NCBI RefSeq assembly: GCF_964355755.1
Contig: NC_092676.1
Location: 501,788 to 565,787 of the forward strand
Source of the DNA: Antedon mediterranea
Lineage: Eukaryota > Animalia > Echinodermata
Reading direction: 5' to 3'
Length of the DNA: 64,000 nucleotides
The translations under genes and the position numbers were made by a program. Shown one piece after another: positions 14,101-26,100 of the stretch; the first letter of the stretch is position 1, and each line of letters opens with the position of its first letter. A model generated the notes under the pieces. The model worked only from the letters and a program-made list of their open reading frames with translations, was not told the DNA's origin and did not search any database.

Positions 14101-17100
14101 TCACCCCCTGTCAATGCTAGAAATGTGAGTGTTCATGTCACAGCAGTCTCCTAGTACAACATACTAAATTATCTATAGGGGGTGTTTGTTAATGAACAAG
14201 ATCGTCGTTAAAAGATCAGGTGCCACTGTCAATATTAAGCTGTGATGTCATCGTCGTTGGTATCTTTTACAAATATTCTTGTCGCCTTCATGCAGTACAT
14301 ACTACTGTACATGATAGGCGTGTATGTTATATTGTGGTTTTTACAAGTGCTCTTTCTTCTGTGTAGTTTGGCTGGTTTTGTTTATCTTTAGTCTGAATTT
14401 GCTTATTATGTCTGCTGTTTCTAAAAATAGCATATTCTGATTTTTCTGGTGTACTGTATATTGCTTTGGTGATGCTACTGAGTGTTTTGTACTGGATTTT
14501 ATTGGATAGCAGTACTGTATCTCTGACACAAGGTCAAAGTAACAACATTATGGCGCTCATATTGATGGTAATCCGTGTCTTCACATTCAATGATTATATG
14601 AAATGTAATAAATTATAATTTTCCATCATAGAGAAATTTGAAAGAGCTTTGGAGAAATTGAAAGGTAAATTGTAGTATTATGTTTATGCTTTCTAATTAC
14701 TGCCATGTTCATTGTTTTTCAACTTTTATTTGACGTTATAAATTTTATTACTGTTGTGGACTAGGTGAAGAATAGCGTGTATATATATAAACATTATTTA
14801 GACACGAGACTGATGAACAGCACAACTCGTTCAATCAATATTGATTGTTGTTACACAAGTTTGTGATAAAGTATGAAGGAGTTATAGTATAAAGGGGGTT
14901 GTACTGTATCACTCAATAAATGGCTTTCGCCATTGTAATGGTATAGACTACTCATACAATTAATTCATGTCTAAGAATGTTTAGCTTAACCCTTTTCAAT
15001 CTTCAATTGCTTGACTAGACTGTAATTGCTGCTTGTACTTTCTTTACCACAAATACCAGAAAGGAAATGTGGTTCTTGAAACTTTGATATGTGTCCAATT
15101 TAACTTTAGTTTAAAATCGCAAATAAAATACTACATTAGGCGTCATTTTGTTTTGCAATTATTATAGGATAATTCTGTATGCTTGTTTGTTTGTATTATT
15201 CTGTAATGTTGTTATTCCCTTCAAGAAAATGTCGACTAAAATCACAACAAATGTAAAACTTTAGAAACTAATATTTTCCTACTTATTTCCTTTTTGCCAC
15301 TAATTGTGTTTTCTTTCCTCGTAATATTTTTATTTGTTCTATAAGTCCGTACACGCTATTGTGTTATTTGCTTTTAATGTAAATAAACAGACAATGGGAA
15401 CCCTGCTAAGAAGTCAAATAGGTCTTCATGAATGCAAGAATTAGGCTTTGGCTCAATAATAGGAACTACTGTAGTGTGGTTTAGTTTTAGGGCGTGATTT
15501 AGTTTTAGGGCGTGATTTAGTATTTGTAGTACTGCAGTGTAAGCCGTATGACCATCAAGTTTAATTACTATAATAATTATCTGCTGTTTTTAACTGTACC
15601 ATTGCTGTTTTAATTGTGCCACAATACAGATGAATTGATAGCATCTTTGTTTGCAGAACTCTACACTTTGTTCCATGGTTGAATGACGCTATTTAGTACT
15701 GACGACAGGGTTTGGTTTGCATACCAATTCTGTTTGAACATTGTTATCTATTCTTACGTTGCTGTTTTTGTAAAACCTGGATTGGATATTTTCACCAGCC
15801 GTAGTAGACAACAAATACATTGGATATTAACCCAGTTTAGTTGTTCATACTTCAAACTTCCTTATGAATTGTGTTACTTTGAATTGTGTTGGAATTTTGA
15901 TGATTTCTTTATTATCTTTGGAATAATACATAAAGTTGAGTACTGAGCTGACCTTATAGAAGTGTTAGCATTATGCTGTAAAGTAGTATTAATGTACAGT
16001 ACATGGTGAGCCACAGTAGCTGTATCTTTTGTACGTAAAACTCTTTGAAATATTGACATATTGTGTTGTGTAGGTATAAATTGTGTTGTGTAGGTATATT
16101 GTGTTGTGTAGGTATAAATTTACCTGAGCTTTTACCTGAGTTTGTACTTTAATCTTAAAATAATCTTAAAATTGCCAATTGAAAGTGAATACAAAATAAA
16201 TGGAATATTATTATTAATGGTATTGCATAACATAAGTGTATGTGTGTTTAAGACTAAATAGTCATAAAAACTATTTCACAGGTCATTTACAGATCATCCA
16301 TATTTTTATTGCTGTGATAAACTTACAAGAATATTTTATCGGACAAATTGATTTAGCTAATATTCATTCAACCATATCCTCTATTTCCAATGGATTAACA
16401 ATAATTCTTGTTTTTTAATGTCAATGGTGTGTTTATTGTTTGTTTTTTTTAGGAGACACGTACGATCCAACTACAATGGATTCAGCACCTCTTGCCAGTA
16501 TGGACCCTAGAGAAAGCCAGGACAACCTACCCTTCTTACACCCTGAAAAAGGTAAAGATCCATAGTCATTTTGATAATTTAGTAGAACCACTTCAGGACC
16601 CAACAAAGTGTCCCCTTTAAGGACACCCCCTAATAAGGGCCTTATTAGGGGTGTCCACAGGTCATAATGTTAAAACATAACGTGTTTCCTCTCATTCCTT
16701 TGACAGGAAGATTTTCCCATATTTCCTCTATTTTTTTTTCTCTATTTTATACTTATTTGTAATCATTAAGATTGTATTTATTATTATAGAATATCGCATT
16801 AACAGTTTTATTCAGTTTAATATTTTCATTTTCTGAATTATTTGATTAAGTTTATTATTTTTATAAGCAAAAACAAATAAGAGAAAAGGTAAAAATAGGC
16901 CAATGGAAAGCATTAAAGAAGTAGCAACTGCCACGCCCATTTCATCAACGGCCACATATACACATGTATTAGCAGCTGACACGCCCATTTCATCAAAGGC
17001 CACATCTACACATGTATTAGCAACTGCCACTCCAATTTCATCAAAGGCCACGCCCGCACATGTATTATCAACTGCCACGCCCATCTCATCAAAGACCACA

Positions 17101-20100
17101 CCTACACATGTGTTATCGAAGGAAAAATCTCCTGTTGCGATATTAAAAAACAAGCATACAGTTGTAAATACCCCCAGTAATGCATTACCAAAGGACACTG
17201 AATCAGGTACCAAAAGTTAGCAATTGGTAGTTGTGCTTATTGTATTGGTCCTTGCTCAGTTATCAATGGAGCTTGGCGCCCTTATACTTGCTAAATTTGT
17301 GATAATATTTGTACAGTGATAAGTAGATACTAAGCTCATAACAGAAAATGTCAATGTAGCATGTGTTCAATCCAGTCTACTGTGTTAACACATTCATTGT
17401 TAGTAGTATACTTGGAGTCAACTCCAAGAACTCTTGTAGTAATGAGTATTTGTGCTTATAAATTTACAGTATTACTATAGTACAGATATTGAGTAGTGTC
17501 CATCAAAATTGTAAATGTAGAATTGACAACAAACTAATAATACAAAGTGTCCTTGCCATTAAAAAACATTTAAAAGTGATAGACTACTGTAGCAAATTCA
17601 AACACATCTTTTCCTTGCTTATTCTGTTGCTTTCCTGAAGAGAAAACAGACAAGAAATTACATGTCATAATTTTAAATGCACGTTTAATACAAATACAAC
17701 TATCAAGTCCAAGAAGATGAATTCTGAAAGTTGATGATTCATGTTTAATGAACTTAGTAATAAAATGATGAACTTAGTAATAAAATGATGAACTTAGTAA
17801 TAAAATGATGAAATGGAGTAAAGCAGATGAAAATGAAGATTAAAAATGAAATTGATTTTAAACAAATTGAAAACAACTATCTAAATTGACCATCGTAGTA
17901 GATTATAGATATTAGCTGACAACAGTGTACGTGGAAGCCTACAGCAAATAAGCTGCTCCTGATATGAATATTATGAACAGTGGCTAATCCAATATTGACC
18001 ACCATGTATTAAGCTGCTCCTGATATGAATATTATGAACAGTGGCTAATCCAATATTGACCACCATGTATTAATATTACTTATTATAAATTATACATAAA
18101 TAAAACCCTTTGGTATACATAACTGCCTTTTTCTATGAATGTTGTACACAGAAGTGTGGAGGTTTATCATGATTGTAATCCATTCCGTGTTAATAACTTA
18201 GATGTATTTTTTATATTAGGCAATAGATTAAATGTAATAGTCAAATATTTAATTTATTTATTTGACCAACAAACAATAAAAACAGGTCAGGAAAAACAAA
18301 AGCGACGTAGGCCACTATAACTCAATGAGTCAGTAATTCCTTTATACAATGTAAAAAAAAAAAATTGATTATTAATATTATTCAGTTTGGTTTCACTAAA
18401 AAATCAAAAATCAACCATGACTGCTTATTTATTAACAAGATAAAAATTAGTTCTTTCACTGCAGTTAGTTAGCAGGTGTTGAGATCATTAAAAACTGAAA
18501 TTTATAATAACCGGCCTCAAATTAAGATTACTTATGAAGAGATTACGAAAAGTGTTGACTTAATTAAGTAAGTAATTATTTAAAATCTAGTTCATAAAAT
18601 AATTAGGTCAACTAGATTGATGTCCAAGAAGATTAAAAATGAAAAGGAAGGTGACAAACCATGTTGTTTTGCAGCAAAGCATTTTCACTGTAATTATGTG
18701 GTGTTACCAAAGACATTACATGTGTCTATTTCACCCCTATAAGATAATGGTACATTCTATGAATGTTGTTCGAGTATCCCTTCACATAACCTTCATCATT
18801 GAATGAGATGTAACATTTCTAAATGTATCACCACTATGTTCAGCTTCATAATAATTAATATTACCATTTTATAAGTTTGTCTTGGCAATAAAAGTGACTG
18901 AAATATTGTTAGAAAGTAGCTAGAATTTGAAGCTGTTCCATTCTCTCGCGTGCTGAAGCCAGATTCGATCATAATCCAGTAATATAACATTTTGTCATGA
19001 AAATGGTTTTGAAACATGTTTGTAGGATAGCTTGTAGTAATGTTGACATTTAAGTTAACACTTGCTCTAGATATGCCAGCAACAATTCATACTTAAGTAT
19101 AGATACAGTACGGATGTTTTACTAACTAGTTTTAAGAATTAAGATAGTTACTTAAGTACAATGAACGAACTCCATAACGGTAGGGTTAAGATAGATTATT
19201 AGATTGAGTTGTCTTGAATGGATAAGATGACACAAAGTCTTTAAGCCAGTCTCTATGATTCATCTTATTCTAATGAATACTTAAGTCGTTTAAAACATGT
19301 GATTGATGTCTTTTTTCAGCTTATTTTGAAAAAATGTATTTGTTTACGAGAGGTAAGGTTTGAATAGTTGAATGGTGCAAGATATTTTTCAACCTCTATG
19401 ACTCTTAAATTTTGACATTTCATTTGAATATTGTCTTGTTATAATTATACAATATTTGTTTACAAGGTACAGTATAAGGTAATAGTTGGTGCAGGTATCT
19501 TTGTAATGGAACTCTCACATCATTTTCTTCAATTTCCTGCCAATGTATTATGTAATCACAATGCATTATGATTATGTATACCATTTTTTAAGTCTATGGA
19601 AATAAACACATACTTACATTGTGTCTGGTGGAGTGTTAGTGAAACATCTTAAAATATTATTTTAATGTCAAGAACCTAGAGGTATAACTAAATTAAATGC
19701 TTCAGACGTGTTGTATGTTTTATATTATTTCCGTGCATAAGGCTTGATTTGCTTTTCTTTATAGCTTTGTTTTACTGTATTATGATTTTGTTTCTTTTTT
19801 AATTTTCAATATTGTTTTATTTATCATTATTTTCTTATTTTTGTGTTAATAAATGTTGGTTGTCTCAAATATATGAAGTATAAAACATATCACCATTTAT
19901 TTCATTAAAATCAATGTTCCTTTCATTGCTAATGATGATGGCAACATATAGATTCACAACAGATAGATCTATTATCCTCAAAAAATTCTTTAATGCATCT
20001 AAAGTACAATCTTAGTTCCCAATACTCATTGTTGTTTTCATTTTAACTAATATATTATCTAATTTGACAACATAAAATGAGATCTAAGTAATTCTTATTT

Positions 20101-23100
20101 TTATTCACCAGGACTACGGGCACCAGACTTACAAGAGGTCATAGAGTATCTGGGTCATCGCGATCAAGCTATCGTAGCAAATGCTGCAGCCTACCTACAG
20201 CATCTCACATATGGAGATGACGGATTAAAGAATAAAACAAGGTGCTTTAAACATTAACAATATTCTGTGCTGTAAGATGATATAGATAAGAGGCTCAGGA
20301 GACTCATTCTACTGATTTTACCATGTAACTTTATCAATCCAATGTCAAATGCTTTTCACATAAAAATAAATTTTATTTGTAGGTTATTAAATTTATGTTA
20401 ACCTTATTGTTCAACTGAATTCAATTTAACATTAATTTCTCCTTTCTCAATGACAATCAAATCAAAGTAAACAGTAAAATATAAGCAAATTAAGGGGGCG
20501 AAAATCCGAGAAAGCAAAAGCTTAAAAAGGGCCGGCTGCCCAGAAACATAATGTAATAAAGAAACACTTATACTTTGAAAAACAAGGAATGAATAGAGAA
20601 GAACAAAGATGGCAACATATCACTTTACCACGTTCAACTATACCAGAACACTTTCTTTTTTGTGTGTGTAAGGATACTAAATGTATAGGTGGCCTCTGAG
20701 CTTTGTGGAGGTTCTTATTGCTACACACTACATACGGTTTGTAAAACATTGTTAATTTGTTTAATTTGACAGAGGTTTAGGTGGAATACCAGCCCTTGTG
20801 AATCTCATTACGCATGACAACCTAGAAATAAGTAGAAGTGTATGCGGCGCCCTCAGAAACATCTCTTACGGCAAAGCAAATCGAGAAAACAAGATAGCCA
20901 TCAAGAACGCCGGGGGAATACCATCTCTGATTCGCCAATTAAGAAACACTGATGATCCAGAGGTATGATTCAACAATCACATTTATATTACAAATGAACA
21001 AGCAAGATAATCAGGACACTGAGCTCTGACTTGCCAAGATAGAAACGCATAACAGTCCTTTGATCTTATGTCTGGCTGCGAAAAATACCAACAGTACTGT
21101 ACTACGTACATATTTATTGTAGCGTGCAGTGTCTGTTAAGGGGCGTAGAAGTGATCATGTTGCAGCCACAGATAAACCCTTTGATCACTGTAGCTCAGCA
21201 TCCTGTTGTTAGATAACATTTGCTTACTTACATTATTATTCCACCTTGTTAATGAAGTATACTTGTTTTAACAGAAGTTTCATATGAATGGAAAACACCA
21301 GTATATTTAATGTGATATTCTTCAATTCAACATGTTTGTCATTTGTTCCTACAGATTTATGAAATGGTTACAGGCACATTGTGGAACTTATCCTCAACAG
21401 ATGTAAGTCTAAGTTGTGTAGTACTAGTAGTAGGTTTTAATTGTTAAGTATAAGTTTAGAAAGCAATTATGTAAAAAAAACTAAACTTGAACTCTGTTTA
21501 CACATCACGCTTTTTTTGTCAAGCTAGTTTGATAGTGTAGACAGAGCTTTATACAGTGAATCATCAATTGTCTACATGTTTATTTTTTCTACATTTTAAG
21601 TTTTAATCCTTTTGTAAAGTAAAAATAATAAACCTCTTCATTCACCAATTGAAGAAACAGAAAATTATTGTTATGACTATTTGTTTTATGATCCCCTCAC
21701 TAGGTATTGAAAAAAGCTATAGTAGATGATGGGTTAACGGTGCTTACAAAACGCATTGTAATACCACACTCTGGTTGGCCTGGCAATGTGCGAGACGTCA
21801 GAATGATGGACCAGCAATGGAATACAATATTCAAAAATACATCGGGATGCTTAAGGTAGATACTTAGTTTTCTTAATTTTCATTTATCTACTAAGAGCAA
21901 GATTTCACCATATTTGGATAATAATATGCTAATAATATGCTATTTGGATGATGTTAAAATGTACATTGGCAATCTCCATACCCGACTGCTGTCAATGCAG
22001 CCAGTTCCAGAAAATCAAGTAAAATAACAAATGGAGATTGATTTTCGATTGATTTTATTTGGCATCATATAAAAATACAGAAACAATTTGCAAGTAGTAA
22101 AACTGCATGATCCTTTATTCAAATAAAATTTTTTAATAATAATTTTTTTTTTTTTGCTTTAGAAATGTAAGCTCAGCAGACACAGACACAAGAAAGAAGA
22201 TGAGAGAATGTGAAGGTTTTGTTGATTCTTTCTACTATGTTTTACTGGTTGCAACAAGAAGCAATGAAATGGACAATAAGGTGAATTTCAATTTTAGATT
22301 TAATTTAGAGATGCAATCAATTCATCTTTAAAACAATAGAAAAGATGATGCTACTCGTCTGTAACAAACATTCTTTTAAATTTAAATTATTATTTCTGTA
22401 TTGTATATGAAATTATGATGGATGGATTTGGTTGTTTTAGAGTTGTTATGGATCTGTCATTCAGGACGAGATGGCAATTTATATAAAAGATTTATCTGTT
22501 CATGCATATAAGCCAATTATGCACAGGTCCGTTGATTACCAGGACTTTATTCCACTGATTTAACGTCTATCTTTCTTCTACAGTCCAAAAATGAAAGCTC
22601 AATATTATTGAAACTGAACACATTACATAGAGATATGTGAAGTAGCTTATTATAATACTTTGATGAATGTTGACGACACATTTATGCTTCAAATGCAGAC
22701 ACTAATCCGAATGTCGTTTATCAAACAAACATACTACTCCACTTGACAACATTCAATAATTCATTCATTGCATTTTAATCAAATGTACTGCTGTATTTAA
22801 TTATTGATGTGTAATGTTGTTGCTTTGTTTGTGTGTTTTTGTAAGTAAGGGGATTCTTTTAAATCTATCCATTTTTAATGCTAAATTAATGGGATAATAG
22901 TGATATTACAATATTTTTAAAATAATATCTTATTCTGTACAACTTGTCTAATTTCATATAAATTGAGACTCCTAAAGTCTTTCTGACTTATATGACTCTC
23001 CCCCCACATGAATACTTCATTGCATTTATTATACTGTATGCATGTTATAATATTGTGGAAATAAAAATTGATTTGATTTGATTTGAAATAATAATAATAT

Positions 23101-26100
23101 GGATTTATATAGCACACATACCACTCAAGAGTGCTGAAGGCAAATTTAAAAAAATGAAATTCAATATACAAAGATATATATAAAGAGAGTATAATATAAA
23201 TTTAACAACCAAAGAAATAAACTTAGTGATAAATTATAATGTGTATAATGTATGAAAACTGTGTGTCTTGACCTTAAAACTAAATAATGCCTATTACTAT
23301 AACAGCTCTGTGCACAACACAGTTAAATGTATTCTCAAAATCTCGCACACATTTAGAATTTGTGATAATGGATTTCAGTTGTACTTAGAAATATACTTAA
23401 AGCACATTTAATTTATTTTCAATGTAGCGCTTTACAATATACATCATTATGCATAAAATGTAATGTCATGTGAAGGATTTTCAAATGTTGCTATAATAAT
23501 TCAGTTTTTTCTAGAAATATTTGATAGGGTACTTATTTTGTTTTATATTGTTTTATATTTTAAATAAACCAACAAGCATGTGTTAACTTTACCATTTGGA
23601 TAAAAAAAATTTAAAACAGATTTTCAGTTACCCATAATGATTGTTAACCTAATCAAATATGCCTATTTAGACATAAACGTGTATACATACCTAGCATTTA
23701 TGTTTACAGCTTGTCTGATGTTTTTTCACTGCAATTATTTTTGTTTCATTTATCAGTGACAAATGATTTGTTTTTATTAGGTTGTTGAGAATGCCGCATG
23801 TATTTTAAGGAATTTATCGTTCAAGATTGCATACGAGGCTAACCATCCTGACGCAATACCAGATAAAACACTTAGGAAAGATGGCACTATTAAAAAACCT
23901 GCTCCTAAGGATGGTATGTACACACCAGTTAGGAGAAAAACACAATAATGGGGTAAACCATAGGGTAAACCATAGGGTAAACCATAGGGTAAACCATAGG
24001 GTAAACCATAAGGCAGACCATAAGGAAGACCATAGGGCAAACCATAAGGCAGACCATAGTGTAAACCATAAGGCAGACCATAGGGTAAACCATAGGGCAA
24101 ACCATAAGGCAGACCATAGGGTAAACCATAGGGCAGACCATAGGGTCAACCATAAGGCAGACCATAGGGTAAACCATAGGGCAAGTCATAGGACAGGATG
24201 GCTTATTATTGTATTAGGTTTCTGTCTTACTTTCTTTGGAACCCAATGTTTCCACAACTTATGATCACTATTTATATTTTGTTTTCCCTAAAGCCTTGTC
24301 TACACTATAAAACTGACACAAAATGTGATGCACCATAACACTACCATATTTGGGCACATCACTTATTTTGATAGTGTAGACAGAGCTTAAAGTTTGGTTC
24401 GGTACTTAAACTAACTACTGTAGTAGTAATAGTTCATTACACCTGTGCATCCACAGAAAGAGGACTTATTGCTTCTAAGATTTTATGACTCAATTTAGAT
24501 CTATATTATGTAAATGATAATAGTTTTATATTGCACTTAAAATGCATGAATCAGTACATGAATTGGAAATCCGTACATTAATGTAAGAATCACTTAAACA
24601 GATGCTATAACAAAACTGCGTAATATATTTATGAAGTGACTTGGATAAATGGATAAATTTTACATATTTAATGAGGGATTAAAAACATTAAAGTGTATTT
24701 ATTGTTCATTTGCTTGAGTAATTTTTTTTTTTTAGCTAAGAAAGCTGGTTGTTTCCCATCAACAAAGAAAAATGGAAAAGAAGGAGGAAAAACTGGAACA
24801 CTTACAAAATCTGGAACATTAAGGTGAGTTTGAGACTAAGATAATGGATTGTTAAGACATTGTTAAGTACGTGCTTAGAATATGTTATACATGCTTAACA
24901 GCTTCTTTCCGCTTATAGCATTTGAAATTTCATCTTATCAAGTTTAACATGCTCTACATTAGATAATTAGTTGTTGAGTTTTATTTTCAATATAATGTTT
25001 TATAGTGGCTTTTTTAAATGTATTAGATACTTACCAGATGACTTACTGTTCCATATTTGGTGGTTTATTTATAAATATTGTAAATTATAAACTTATTGTA
25101 TTCATTTTATAAAATCTAATTGCTTTTGATACTTAGATGTTTATACTAACATATATAATATATAACATATATAATACTAATAATAAATTACTATTTACTA
25201 CCTATTACTACTAAGGTGACCTAGTAAAATATCTATCAAATTAAAATTATTATTTTTCCTTATTTTGTAGTAAACAGTCACATGACCAATACTTAGAGTT
25301 TCCTGAGAGGAAAACTCCAGCAAAAGGTGCAGAATTATTATGGCAACCAGAGGTTATCAAACCATATTTGTTGATATTGTCAAATTGTTCAAACCCAGTC
25401 ACATTAGAGGCGTCAGCAGGAACACTTCAGAATATTTCAGCAGGAGAATGGAAGGTTTGTAAGACAGTTATATACTATGCCTTGTCTACACTATCAAACT
25501 TTATGTGACAAAAGAAAGTGTAGACGGAGTTTTAAGTCTGTGGTTACAATACAATTCTGCCAAAGAATATATAGGTAGTGGACAAGATACTTTAAATGAA
25601 GTTAAATTGAAAACACATCTCTTTTTTTGCTTGATTTTTAAACTTCTAACTGACTTTGTTTGTAGTGGGCTGGTTACATCCGTGCATCGGTACGCAAAGA
25701 AAAAGGTCTTCCGGTTCTTGTCGAGTTATTGCGAATGGATAAAGAACGAGTTGTCAAGGCGGTGGCATTAGCTCTGAGGAACTTATCCATAGACCCAAGG
25801 AATAAAGAACTCATAGGTATGAAATGCAATTATTGGTGTAATATATATATTATTTTTTTAATCTAAGTAATTTTGCATTCATTTATATCCAAGATATGTA
25901 ACTATCACAAAGGTGAACTTGAAATTTGGCAATTCTTCCAAAAGTTTTGTAATGTTCCAAACTTCTCAAATCTTCTTTTATTTATTTATTTAGGTAAATG
26001 TTTTCTATTATAAAACTATATTTCAGTCACCTGTTTCTATGTTTTAAATTCTTTGTATAATGTTGAATGTTTCAATAAAATACTAATCTATATATATATC

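Noticed and set aside
14090-14211. Possible exons 14090-14124 and 14179 onward
   Set aside because: The phase changes from 1 to 0, the intron would be only 54 nt, and an early stop follows; there is no homology support.
18286-18320. Possible terminal exon [11 protein letters not shown]
   Set aside because: It is in frame, but the acceptor has no polypyrimidine tract.
23777-24264. PYGL, HRVN and LWFT repeat ORFs
   Set aside because: They are translations of the intronic 12-bp repeat; the true exon ends at 23913.
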